Source of the DNA: Candidatus Moranbacteria bacterium CG_4_9_14_3_um_filter_44_28
GTDB taxonomy: Bacteria; Patescibacteriota; Minisyncoccia; Moranbacterales; UBA11712
Length of the DNA stretch: 50,562 nucleotides
Assembly (NCBI GenBank): GCA_002790655.1
Contig: PFVO01000042.1
Span: 1-50,562 of the forward strand
Direction: 5' to 3'
Part shown: positions 8,920 through 18,217 of the stretch, piece by piece
How the letters are laid out: each line of letters opens with the position of its first letter
Position numbering within the stretch: position 1 is the first letter of the stretch
The notes under the pieces: model-generated
The model's input: the letters and a program-made list of their open reading frames with translations, nothing else
Database searches by the model: none
Told to the model about the DNA's origin: nothing
Position numbers and translations under genes: made by a program

Positions 8920-9785
8920 AATTATTAAACGGTAAAAAACTAGCCGACAAAATAAAGCTTCGGTTGAAGAAAAAAATTGCCAAAATGAAAAAAAAACCGT
9001 CTTTAGCTATGGTCCTTGTTGGAAGCGACCAAGCGTCAAAAATTTATATCCGTAACAAGAAAAAGGCTTGCAAGGAAGTAGGAATAGAAAATAAAGAAAT
9101 AACTCTTCCGGTAAATATTTCACAAAAAAAATTGATTGCCGAAATCAAAAAATTGAATCGAAATAAAAAAATTACAGGCATTATTCTCCAGCTTCCAATT
9201 CCCGCGTATCTTGACAAGTATAAAGTTCTTGAAGCGATTGATCCGCGAAAAGACGCCGACTGTCTCCACCACTTGAATTTCGGAAAATTTTTACAGGTCG
9301 GTGAAAAAAAATCGGTTGTCATTCCGGCCACGGCCATTGGAATTATTAAGTTATTGGAGGAATATAAAATTCCAGTTGAAGGAAAAAGCGCGGTCGTAAT
9401 GGGTTATTCAGACATTGTTGGAAAACCGACAACGGAACTTTTGATAGACCGGAAGGCAACCGTCACCGTCTGCCATAGCAAGACCCAAAATCTAAAAAAT
9501 ATCACGCGAGAAGCGGATATAATCATTGTCAGCACCGGCGTGAAAAATATTCTCACCGGCGATATGGTAAAAGGGGGAGTAGTTGTGGTTGATGTCGGAA
9601 TCCACTATGTCCCAAATAAAAAAATTTACCCTCACACCAGATTCGGTGTGGGGGTCCACGGGGATGTAGATTTTGCTTCGGTTTCCAAAAAGGCTTCTTT
9701 CATCACCCCCGTCCCTGGCGGCGTCGGTCCGATGACGGTTGCCATGCTGATGTGGAATACGGTAAGACTAGTAAAAGCTAAATAA
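8916..9785 (+). CDS. folD: Bifunctional methylene-THF dehydrogenase/cyclohydrolase
   Basis: YIRNK, QLP, KDAD, VGKP, GDVDF, TPVPGGVGPMT; ATG at 8916 overlaps the glyA TGA. Confidence 0.96.
   Translation: MKLLNGKKLADKIKLRLKKKIAKMKKKPSLAMVLVGSDQASKIYIRNKKKACKEVGIENKEITLPVNISQKKLIAEIKKLNRNKKITGIILQLPIPAYLDKYKVLEAIDPRKDADCLHHLNFGKFLQVGEKKSVVIPATAIGIIKLLEEYKIPVEGKSAVVMGYSDIVGKPTTELLIDRKATVTVCHSKTQNLKNITREADIIIVSTGVKNILTGDMVKGGVVVVDVGIHYVPNKKIYPHTRFGVGVHGDVDFASVSKKASFITPVPGGVGPMTVAMLMWNTVRLVKAK
9629..9658. mobile_element. In-frame palindromic insertion in folD (CCCC...GGGG family)
   Basis: TTTA|CCCTCACACC-AGATTC-GGTGTGGGGG-TCCA; removing these 30 nt restores KKIYGDVDF. Confidence 0.75.
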
Positions 9786-11271
9786 CCTCCTCTTCCAGCT
9801 CCTCTCGGGGAGCTTTTTTTCTTTTTACGAGTTGTCTCACAATTTCAAGTTCCAGCGAGCCGAATTCTTTGAGAACGAAAAGAAAAAAGATATATATTGC
9901 AAACAGTATCGCGGACCAGAGAATGAAAGCATAATGTCCTTTTGGAAAAAAAGTTGAAATAAAATACATTACAAAAGAAGCCAGAATAATCTTTAGAAAA
10001 CTTGAAAATCTGAACAAGTATCCAAAATATCTGTAAGAATACGCGAGCACCAAGACCATCGCCACAAAAGAAGTTATTGAAGTGGCAACCGCTGCTCCAA
10101 CAAGTCCGTATTTTTTGATGAGGAAATAACTCAAGATGATATTCACCGCAAGACCCGCAAAAGAAATGATCATCGGCGCTTTCACTTTTCCCGCGCCATT
10201 TAAAGCAAAGGCCATTACATAAAAAATTGTGAGGAAAGTCACTCCCGACATCAAAATCGACATCGGAAGAGCGGCATCAAGAAATTTTTTTCCGTAGAAA
10301 ACTTGCAAAATCGGCGCAGAATAGACGGACATCAGAATCGCAATCGGGAGCAGAAACATCACCATCAGCCGTAATGACTGGCTGATGATTTTTTTTGTGT
10401 CAGAATGATTTTTGCTCGAAGTTGATTTGGAAACTGCCGGCAAAATAATAATCGTGAGCGCGTAGAACAAAAAATAGGGGATACGGCCGACGGTAATCGC
10501 GCCGTTATAAATTCCCGTCAAATAATCGTCGCGCAAAATTCCTTTCACAAGATAAAGATCAATCGTGATCAGAAATTCATAGGCGACAAGAAAAAGCGTC
10601 ATTGGCCAGGCGTAGCGCAAAAGCTTTCGCCAGTCAAAAAATCCTTCGGGTCTTATTTTTTTAAACTTGTCCAAGAGATTCGCTTCAAAGAATATCGAAA
10701 GGGGAGCGAGAATATAGCCAATAATTACTCCCTCGAGTGCGTAACCTTTTGACTTTAAGAGCCAGGCCAGGCCGAGAATAAAAACCAGTCGAGCAACAGA
10801 GCGGCTGGTTTTGAGCCAAGCCTGAATCTTGAATTCGTGAAGTCCTGTGTAGTAGTAGAAATAAAAAGAGGCAAGAGCGAAAGCGGGAATGACGAGCGAT
10901 GATAGTCTGAAAAGATTTGTGAGTGACGAATCGCGAAGAATGAGTGAGATAACAGGGGACAAAAGAAAAAACATCACTGTCACTCCGCCAATCAAAATAA
11001 ATTGGATTTTCGCGGTTTGTCTTTTAATAATCGGAATGAGGCCCAGCCGCGTGTCATAAATTTCCCCGAGATATTTCGCCATCGCCGTTGGCACGCCCTG
11101 CCCGATGAGAACCACGACCATCGTCGTGAGCGTCACCACCAGCCCATATCGTCCATATTCCGCCGGACTCAAAATCCGCCCCATGCCGGAATGGATAACA
11201 TAAGCCGAGAGATTATAAATAATCTCGCTTATAGTCACCCAGAAGAAAGATTTTACGAGAAACTTAGACAT
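9778..11271 (-). CDS. Wzx/MOP-family polysaccharide flippase
   Basis: About 12-14 TM segments; RILSPAEYG, TGIYN, KYGLVGAAVAT motifs. Confidence 0.88.
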   Translation of the reverse strand: MSKFLVKSFFWVTISEIIYNLSAYVIHSGMGRILSPAEYGRYGLVVTLTTMVVVLIGQGVPTAMAKYLGEIYDTRLGLIPIIKRQTAKIQFILIGGVTVMFFLLSPVISLILRDSSLTNLFRLSSLVIPAFALASFYFYYYTGLHEFKIQAWLKTSRSVARLVFILGLAWLLKSKGYALEGVIIGYILAPLSIFFEANLLDKFKKIRPEGFFDWRKLLRYAWPMTLFLVAYEFLITIDLYLVKGILRDDYLTGIYNGAITVGRIPYFLFYALTIIILPAVSKSTSSKNHSDTKKIISQSLRLMVMFLLPIAILMSVYSAPILQVFYGKKFLDAALPMSILMSGVTFLTIFYVMAFALNGAGKVKAPMIISFAGLAVNIILSYFLIKKYGLVGAAVATSITSFVAMVLVLAYSYRYFGYLFRFSSFLKIILASFVMYFISTFFPKGHYAFILWSAILFAIYIFFLFVLKEFGSLELEIVRQLVKRKKAPREELEEEVI

Positions 11272-11854
11272 GAATCCGAGATTTTATTTCATTAAATATT
11301 TCTTCTTTGTTTTTCTCCCCGTCAATCGTAACCATATCCCAATCCTTTATTTTTACAGAAAATATCTTTTCTTTCTTAATTAAATATTCCAACCCCTGAT
11401 CCGGCTTTCGCTCGCGCTGCATTATTTTTTCTGGAGAAATTTTTAAATAAAAAGCGAAATCTGGTTTGGGAATGAATTTCTCTGCAAACAATCTTTTATC
11501 CTTCCCTGATAAATAATTTATATTTACCGCACTGTCATAAAAATAACGATCGGATATAATATAGTCGACTTTTAATTTCTTTGTCATCCACCTGAACCTA
11601 AAAATATCAATCAACAGCGCTAATTTCCGTAGTTGTATTTGCAGCCAATTAGCTTTCGTCACGCTTTTTTCACTTGGAGGGATCCGACCCCTCCGATTTT
11701 TTAGGGGTCGGATCCCTAAATTCCCAATCGAAAACTCCACCGCGTGGAAATAATAAAAAGATTTTTCCTCTGATTTTAGGTAATTTTTGAGTAATTCTAT
11801 TTGAGTTGATTTTCCCGAACCATCGAGGCCGGAGATTGATATTAATTTTGACAA
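11264..11854 (-). CDS. tmk: Thymidylate-kinase-like P-loop nucleoside monophosphate kinase
   Basis: ISGLDGSGKSTQ, ISDRY, PKPD motifs; TTG start; substrate uncertain. Confidence 0.75.
   Translation of the reverse strand: MSKLISISGLDGSGKSTQIELLKNYLKSEEKSFYYFHAVEFSIGNLGIRPLKNRRGRIPPSEKSVTKANWLQIQLRKLALLIDIFRFRWMTKKLKVDYIISDRYFYDSAVNINYLSGKDKRLFAEKFIPKPDFAFYLKISPEKIMQRERKPDQGLEYLIKKEKIFSVKIKDWDMVTIDGEKNKEEIFNEIKSRIHV
11674..11721. mobile_element. In-frame doublet of 23-nt palindromic units in the tmk-like gene
   Basis: Perfect 15-bp inverted repeat AGGGATCCGACCCCT (11678-11692) / AGGGGTCGGATCCCT (11703-11717); total span 48 nt. Confidence 0.8.
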
Positions 11855-11898
11855 TGTTATTTTTTTATGATTTAAATAGAGTTAAGGAGGATAAGGAT

Positions 11899-12096
11899 AT
11901 GCCCGTAGTAAATTTGGCCGGAGATATATCTCCCATTGGAGGATCCGGCGACAGTGATCCAGCAGGAAGAAGCGGTGATTACCGTAGACAATGCCCCGAC
12001 TGCGAGGGAAAAGGTAATCACATTAACCCCGGATCCTGTGGATTTGGAACAATCGTGGAAGAGTGCGAAACCTGCAATGGAACGGGGGAAATTTAA
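11899..12096 (+). CDS. Small protein with a DnaJ-type zinc finger (two CxxCxGxG motifs)
   Basis: AAGGAGG upstream of ATG 11899; CPDCEGKG and CETCNGTG. Confidence 0.75.
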   Translation: MPVVNLAGDISPIGGSGDSDPAGRSGDYRRQCPDCEGKGNHINPGSCGFGTIVEECETCNGTGEI

Positions 12097-12120
12097 TGTA
12101 TAACCGGGCTGCTCTCACCG

Positions 12121-12173
12121 CCATGTCGCGTGCGTAATTCCGCCGGCATGGTATTTTTTTTAAAAAAATACCA
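12121..12173 (+). terminator. Putative terminator/hairpin between convergent genes
   Basis: CCATG...CATGG stem followed by a T run, plus overlapping TGGTA-T8-A7-TACCA inverted repeat. Confidence 0.5.
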
Positions 12174-12204
12174 GATACTAGATAATAATTGATAAATACA
12201 AACA

Positions 12205-13767
12205 CTACGCCATCAGCACCGCCACGGGCTGCATCTTTGCCACAACTTTGATGATCTTATTTTCGGTCATTCCGGCAATAACTTCTTCCACATCCTTATA
12301 ATGCGAACTGTCTTGATCGATAATCTGACGTGATTTGGCGTTGAAAAGCTTTACTTTATTTTTCTTCATTTTTTCCATCAGTTCTTCGCGATTTTGAGGA
12401 ACATTTCCTTGCTTTTCTTTTGCTTTTCCGGTTCCGTGGCTTGCGGAAAAGAACGTTGATTCATTTTCATCCGTCCCGACACCAAAATAAAAGGGCGTAG
12501 CCATCGAAGAGGGGATAAAAATCGGTTCGCCGGTTTCAGCAAAAACTTCACTGCTCCTAGAGTTGAGCTCTAGGAGGTTTTTCATTCTTTCCGGCCCATT
12601 CGCCCGCGAAGCGCCGTTGCGATGCACAAAAACTTCTTCGCCAAAATGTTCTTCTTCCTGCACGTGAACGTGCGGCATATCGTAAACAAGCGGCAATTCC
12701 TCCTCGCGGCCGAAAACTTTTTTGACCGCTTTTCGAATATTGTTCGTGAGAACCGCGCGATTGGCAAAGCCGTAATTGGCGCTCACGCGATGGGCGGTGA
12801 GATACATTCGCCCCAATTCAGACTCGGAATCAATCGGGTAATATTCTTTTTTGTTTTTCCATGCCGGAATATCGCGGCGCAATTGTTCGTGAGCCGGATT
12901 GTTGCGTTTCAAGAATTGGCGCCGCCCAAGTTCCAGAATAATTTTCTGGCTTCGATGTTCTTTTTCCTTGGGCGTGTAAAAATAGGAAGCGTACTGCCCG
13001 AGCATTCCGGAGCCGGTATGCATCAAAAATAAATATTGGTCTTTTTTGATGCCAAATTTTTGGGCAATTTCTTCATTGATAATATTTGAAACTTTCATAA
13101 GATCGAGAAAATGATTTCCGGCCGCGCCCAAAATTCCGAGCCGCAGCTGGGCAATTCGCAAAAATGTCTTTGGAATAGAATTCAAAATTTCTTTCTCCGA
13201 GGGAATATTTCCGCCCAAGGCGGATCCCTGCCCGTCCAGCAGGCGGGCGCCTCTGGCGGAGAAAAAATTGCCGCCGTTGAAGGTATATTTGTCTTCGTCG
13301 GAATCAATCTTGAGCTTTTCTAAAATTGCCCTTGACCCGCGCCGGCAAACATCCATCACAGTGTCAAAATTCACACGCGTTCCGACATAAGTCGTCGTTG
13401 GAATAACTTTCACCAGCTCTTCAAATAATTTATCAATCTGTGTTTCATTTAAATCCGATGTACTAAATGGCGTTTTTATTAAGCGCATCCCGCAATTGGG
13501 AGCCGTATCCATTGTTTGAGGAAGAATATATTTTTTTGTCGCAATTGCTGTCCCAGTCGGATTTTTGCGCCCTTTTTTGGAATGGACATCGGAAAGCGCC
13601 GTGACGTGATGGAAAACATGCGGGTCACTGGCGATATCAACAAGCTCCTGAATCGTCGCTTCACCAGGCATGAGATTGTCAGAAACATGAAAAACAACAG
13701 GGACTTTCATTGATCCTGAGGGATTAATGATTTTTTTATGCTGACTAATTGATTGAATCTCTCGCAT
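12205..13767 (-). CDS. rtcB: Divergent RtcB-family ligase
   Basis: SDVH, NCGMR, GNHF, HTGS, HRNGA, SHGTG, YKDVEEV motifs. Confidence 0.85.
   Translation of the reverse strand: MREIQSISQHKKIINPSGSMKVPVVFHVSDNLMPGEATIQELVDIASDPHVFHHVTALSDVHSKKGRKNPTGTAIATKKYILPQTMDTAPNCGMRLIKTPFSTSDLNETQIDKLFEELVKVIPTTTYVGTRVNFDTVMDVCRRGSRAILEKLKIDSDEDKYTFNGGNFFSARGARLLDGQGSALGGNIPSEKEILNSIPKTFLRIAQLRLGILGAAGNHFLDLMKVSNIINEEIAQKFGIKKDQYLFLMHTGSGMLGQYASYFYTPKEKEHRSQKIILELGRRQFLKRNNPAHEQLRRDIPAWKNKKEYYPIDSESELGRMYLTAHRVSANYGFANRAVLTNNIRKAVKKVFGREEELPLVYDMPHVHVQEEEHFGEEVFVHRNGASRANGPERMKNLLELNSRSSEVFAETGEPIFIPSSMATPFYFGVGTDENESTFFSASHGTGKAKEKQGNVPQNREELMEKMKKNKVKLFNAKSRQIIDQDSSHYKDVEEVIAGMTENKIIKVVAKMQPVAVLMA
12554..12576. 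mobile_element. 23-nt palindrome within rtcB
   Basis: CTCCTAGAG-TTGAG-CTCTAGGAG; reads as LLELNSRS. Confidence 0.65.
13210..13260. mobile_element. Nested in-frame palindromic insertion in rtcB (30-nt outer plus 21-nt inner)
   Basis: TCCGCCCAAGGCGGATC[CCTGCCCGTCCAGCAGGCGGG]CGCCTCTGGCGGA = 51 nt = SARGARLLDGQGSALGG. Confidence 0.85.
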
Positions 13768-13774
13768 AAAATAC

Positions 13775-14899
13775 TTACATATTTTTATAAACTGCTTCGT
13801 ATTCTTCTACAATTTTCATTATATCAAACTTTTCCCTCGCAAATTTCATTCCTTTTTCGCCCAAAGCTCCGCGAGCTTCGGGATTGTCGTACAAATATAG
13901 AATTTTTTCCTTAAGTGCTTCACGGTCGCCGGGATTGATCAAAATGCTATTATTGTCGTTCAAAAAATATCGTAACCTCTCAATATTACTTGCGATCATC
14001 GGCTTTCCGCAAGCCATTGCTTCGATAACCGCAAGGGGAATATCGAATTTTCCCGTCATCGTCCGGACTGGGAAAATGGAAATATCGCACAAATTGAAAA
14101 CATCTTCCATGACATAGCTCCCGTCGTCAATAAAAGCTACTCTGTCCAATATTCCAGCTTCTTCGAATTTCTTTTTTACTTCTTCTTTTTTACTAGCGTC
14201 TTTCCGGTTTTTTACCCGAACAGCCAGATGCAATTTGAAATTTTTGTTTTCTTTCGCGAGATCGGAAAAAACGGAAACAATATCGTCCATGTCCCCGAGA
14301 CGCACATATTCTCCCGTGTAGTTTATCACAAAATCATCTTCGGTTGTTTCAAATTTTTTCATCAGCTCCAGTTTTTTAGGTGCGGGGGAGAATAAATTAA
14401 TATCAATGCCGGGATAAATTCGCTTTACATTTTTAAATCCTAATTTTTCCAGCTTTTCTTTGGCGTAGTCGGAATAGGTAATAATAAAATCAGCGTGAAT
14501 AATCTTTTTTAATTTCTCCGCATCATATAAATCATCTCGCAGAGTCGCAAGGGTTTGGATTGTTTTTATCTTCTTGTTTCGCAAGCATAATTCCAGCGCA
14601 AAAACATTTAACTTCGTGGGAGTAAAGAAAGAATGGATAATATCGTAATCTTTTCCACCCTTCAGTAAAAACTCTTTAATTAAAAAAACATACGCCCGGA
14701 TTTTTTGCATCCAATTCCACTTTGATGATGAATAAATAAGGTGCTGGACAACATTTCCAGTGAGATCGGCAATTCTTCCGTGCGTTAATAGATGAACTTC
14801 AAAATCCCGCGCATACTTCGCCAGCGTATACGCAAAATCCTTTGAACCTTCATCCCAAGGAGGGCAAATTGGACGAGTCAAAAGCAAAACTCGCTTCAT
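13775..14899 (-). CDS. GT4 family glycosyltransferase
   Basis: IYPGID, PLAVIEAMACGKP motifs. Confidence 0.9.
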   Translation of the reverse strand: MKRVLLLTRPICPPWDEGSKDFAYTLAKYARDFEVHLLTHGRIADLTGNVVQHLIYSSSKWNWMQKIRAYVFLIKEFLLKGGKDYDIIHSFFTPTKLNVFALELCLRNKKIKTIQTLATLRDDLYDAEKLKKIIHADFIITYSDYAKEKLEKLGFKNVKRIYPGIDINLFSPAPKKLELMKKFETTEDDFVINYTGEYVRLGDMDDIVSVFSDLAKENKNFKLHLAVRVKNRKDASKKEEVKKKFEEAGILDRVAFIDDGSYVMEDVFNLCDISIFPVRTMTGKFDIPLAVIEAMACGKPMIASNIERLRYFLNDNNSILINPGDREALKEKILYLYDNPEARGALGEKGMKFAREKFDIMKIVEEYEAVYKNM

Positions 14900-15264
14900 C
14901 GAATGTTTTTATAAATCTTATACTCCACATCTTTATAATCAACTACTATTGTAATTTTATTTTCTTTCGATTTCTCGTCCTCAATCACCGGCGAGATTTT
15001 TTGTTTGGCGCCGGCTTCGATTTTTATTTTGTCATCAATCACTTTGTCGTCACCGACAAAAATTTCATAATCGTACTCCGCCTTCCCCCCTTGATGATTC
15101 TCGATCGTGAAATCAAGCGAGTCGTCGCGGGGATTGTCAAAATATACCACACTCCACGATTTTTTATAGTCGTAATTGTGGTTTTTGGCTTCAATGACAA
15201 ACAAAACAGAAAAACTGATGAGGAGCAAAATTATTGTTGTGATGATGATTATTTTGCTGGACAT
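14896..15264 (-). CDS. Hypothetical membrane-anchored protein
   Basis: N-terminal TM then a beta-rich domain; start reassigned to ATG 15264 just after the upstream stop. Confidence 0.7.
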   Translation of the reverse strand: MSSKIIIITTIILLLISFSVLFVIEAKNHNYDYKKSWSVVYFDNPRDDSLDFTIENHQGGKAEYDYEIFVGDDKVIDDKIKIEAGAKQKISPVIEDEKSKENKITIVVDYKDVEYKIYKNIR

Positions 15265-15271
15265 AAAAACT

Positions 15272-17137
15272 TCAAAGTCTAAAAACCGAAATGTAATTCG
15301 ACCCGTAGACTTTTGAAAACTCCGGATATTTTTCAAAACTGTTTCCCTCAAATTGGGCATTTAAGACCACATAATTAACGCCTGTCTCCGAAAAACACAT
15401 TTTTCCTTTATCGCTTTGAGGATCGCTAATCATATCCCGCGTGCAGGTTTCGCGCGGCTTGGTCGGGTCAACGTAGCGCGACAAGTTCCCGCGGCTCAAG
15501 GGATATTTGTAATCTTTCATAAAAAACAGTTTGTACCACGAATCGCCGTAGATGTTCACGTGATCTTTTAAAATAACATCCTGCGATGTATCAAGCGTCT
15601 TGGCAAGATAATCGGCCGAGTGAAAAGTTTGCATCGCTTCCTGAAACTGCGGGCGCGTTTTGAAAGCTTCGGCGCTGTCAGCCATTCCGTCCGTAATCAC
15701 AAAAAACATCAGCGTAAACAATAAAACCGTAGCAAAAAATCGCGATGCCGCTGACTGAAAAAATTCAAAATACCTGACAAGCGCGTAAGCGGAAAGGAGT
15801 GTGAGCGGCAAAAACAAGTAGTTCCCAATTCTGTCGCTGGGGATGTTGATGAAAAGCCATCCGGGTTTATAGGCCATAACAAACAAAATCGCGAACCAGC
15901 CCAAAGCAAAAGAATATCTGATTTTTTTTGGCTTTATATTCAAAAAAATCAGCAAAAATCCCAAAGCTCCCAGAAGTAGCCGCGCGCTCCCCACGCTCAT
16001 TTCAATTTGGTCAAAGTTGAGACCGATTCGCGTCACTTTTAAGGGAGAGCCGGTGGCCTGACCAATTGCGGCCGAATTGAAATAGGAGGGAGTAAAGATA
16101 AACAGAAGATATAAAAGAGAAGAAATAAGAAAGAAAATTGGAGCAGGTTTTAGGAATATCTTCAGCCAGTCGCCAATAATTCTGAAAACTCGCTTGAAAT
16201 TTAGAACCAGATATACAAACAGAATTGCCGCAACAGAAAATATTAAAATGAGAGAGCTCAAGTGATGCGTATAGAGAAGTCCGAGAAAAGAAAAAAGGGA
16301 AAGGCCGGCAAAAATCTGGTTTTTTTCTTTGAGAGCGCGGTAGAGAAAATAAAGCGCGATGGGAATAAGCATATTTCCAATTACGTTCCCAACTACCCCT
16401 CCGCTCACATACTTCGCCTGCGGCGCGTTGACGGCGTAAAGCACGCCCGCGACGAAAAAAGAAAAAGCAATAATATTTTTATCCTTGAAAAGCCGCGCCA
16501 AAAGAATCGCCATCGCGAAAATCCCGGCCACATTGAAGAGAAGCAGGACAAGAGCGGGCATTGCCGACATTAGGCTGACTCCGCTTATGAGATTCACTGC
16601 CGCGAAAATCATATGCTCCCCGATTATGAAATCCGGCATTCCATAGTCGGGAAGCTCTCCCGAATCAATAATTTTCTGGACCCAGTACATATGATGTCCG
16701 AGATCAGTTGAGGAGGGGAGAATTGTGTCAGAAAGATAAGCCGTTCGAATGAAGATGGCCAGCGCGATGGAAAGCAAAATGAAAACTGTCTGCCAGAAGG
16801 AGAAATCAAAAAAAGATTCTGACCCGTTTCTTTTCTCTCTGCTCTCCGATTTTTGGTTCTTTTTGCGAAATCTAAACTGAAATACAATGAAGCAAAGCAA
16901 GCAGAAAATCAGAATTGAACCAACAAGATTCAGACCCTTAAGGGGAACATTTATCCTTGCCAACAGCAAAACAATCAGATCGACCGAAATCAAACTCAAC
17001 GGAACGGCCAGAGCTGATTTCTCAAAAAAAGAAATCTTTTCATTTTTCCAGCCGAAAAACGCCAGCAACAAGAAAAATCCCGGAAGAATCAAGATGAAAG
17101 GAAGGACAAGAATGAGTTTTGGGAGAGAAATGAACAT
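15272..17137 (-). CDS. Polytopic membrane protein, probable GT-C-fold glycosyltransferase
   Basis: Many TM segments; STDLGHH loop motif, THHLS; soluble C-terminal domain; lies within a GT operon. Confidence 0.7.
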   Translation of the reverse strand: MFISLPKLILVLPFILILPGFFLLLAFFGWKNEKISFFEKSALAVPLSLISVDLIVLLLARINVPLKGLNLVGSILIFCLLCFIVFQFRFRKKNQKSESREKRNGSESFFDFSFWQTVFILLSIALAIFIRTAYLSDTILPSSTDLGHHMYWVQKIIDSGELPDYGMPDFIIGEHMIFAAVNLISGVSLMSAMPALVLLLFNVAGIFAMAILLARLFKDKNIIAFSFFVAGVLYAVNAPQAKYVSGGVVGNVIGNMLIPIALYFLYRALKEKNQIFAGLSLFSFLGLLYTHHLSSLILIFSVAAILFVYLVLNFKRVFRIIGDWLKIFLKPAPIFFLISSLLYLLFIFTPSYFNSAAIGQATGSPLKVTRIGLNFDQIEMSVGSARLLLGALGFLLIFLNIKPKKIRYSFALGWFAILFVMAYKPGWLFINIPSDRIGNYLFLPLTLLSAYALVRYFEFFQSAASRFFATVLLFTLMFFVITDGMADSAEAFKTRPQFQEAMQTFHSADYLAKTLDTSQDVILKDHVNIYGDSWYKLFFMKDYKYPLSRGNLSRYVDPTKPRETCTRDMISDPQSDKGKMCFSETGVNYVVLNAQFEGNSFEKYPEFSKVYGSNYISVFRL

Positions 17138-17140
17138 AAA

Positions 17141-18217
17141 TTACTTCTCAACAACTTTTTGAATTTCTTCCAGATATCGTTTCGCTATTCTTTCCCAACT
17201 ATAATTTTCAATCGCATACCGCCGCGCTTTTTCGCCGAATCGATGCTGAAAATCGTCGTCAGCCAGCAACTCATTGATTTTTTTCGCCCACGCTTCCGCA
17301 TTTCCGCTTTCCACTAAAAAACCGTTTTCTCTGTCTTTGATCGCGTCCTTGAGGCCCTCAAGATCAGAGACGATGACAGGCAATTTACAGGTCGTTGCTT
17401 CAATAACCGAGATTCCAAATCCCTCCATGTCGCCGGGAATTTTTATATTTGGCTGGACAAAAACATCAGCCGTATTGAAGCAAATATCCCTCACTTCATC
17501 CGGTCGATAACCTAAGATTTTTACCCGATCATACAATTTTTTTTCCTGAACAGCGCTGGTGATATTATTTTTATCCGGACCGCTTCCAAGAACAACATAA
17601 ACTATATTTTCAGCCAATCTAGGTATAACGTTGCGAACGAACCAAGCTACTCCTTTTCTCTTTGCCAGTCTTCCCGAAGTAAGAATAATTTTTTTTCCTT
17701 CCAGTTTTTCACCAATTATCTGCTCAAGATCCGATCTTGAATAATTTCCAATATGCTGATTCGGACTGATGCCATTGGGAATAAAAACGAATTTTTCCTC
17801 CGGAATGCCTCTTTTTACGCCTTGTCTTATTGTTTCGTTTCCAACCGCAATCAGCTTATCAAGCGCCGGGATAAATTTTTCCATCCAGAGCCGGCGATAA
17901 AGCCAGAAGGGATAAGTGAGATCAAGGCCATGGCAAACACAAACCACTTTTTTTCGCGAGCCATAAAATAATTTTACCAGAAAACCCACGATTCCCAAAA
18001 CTCCATCACCTAAAAGGAGGATGTCAAATTTGCGGATTAAAAAAAGAGACCTTATCGAGACATAAGGCAGAAAAATTGGCAGAAATTTTTTTCCGCGCCG
18101 GTTGGCGATTATTTTCATATCGGCAATTTCCGACAAATGGCGCACCAGTTCATAATTTTGATTTTCCATTCCACCAATAATCGGGGGATAGGCACGGGAG
18201 ATAAAAAGAATTTTCAT
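17141..18217 (-). CDS. GT4 family glycosyltransferase
   Basis: YPPIIGGME, IPNGI, GRLAKRKG, EGFGISVIEA. Confidence 0.93.
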   Translation of the reverse strand: MKILFISRAYPPIIGGMENQNYELVRHLSEIADMKIIANRRGKKFLPIFLPYVSIRSLFLIRKFDILLLGDGVLGIVGFLVKLFYGSRKKVVCVCHGLDLTYPFWLYRRLWMEKFIPALDKLIAVGNETIRQGVKRGIPEEKFVFIPNGISPNQHIGNYSRSDLEQIIGEKLEGKKIILTSGRLAKRKGVAWFVRNVIPRLAENIVYVVLGSGPDKNNITSAVQEKKLYDRVKILGYRPDEVRDICFNTADVFVQPNIKIPGDMEGFGISVIEATTCKLPVIVSDLEGLKDAIKDRENGFLVESGNAEAWAKKINELLADDDFQHRFGEKARRYAIENYSWERIAKRYLEEIQKVVEK

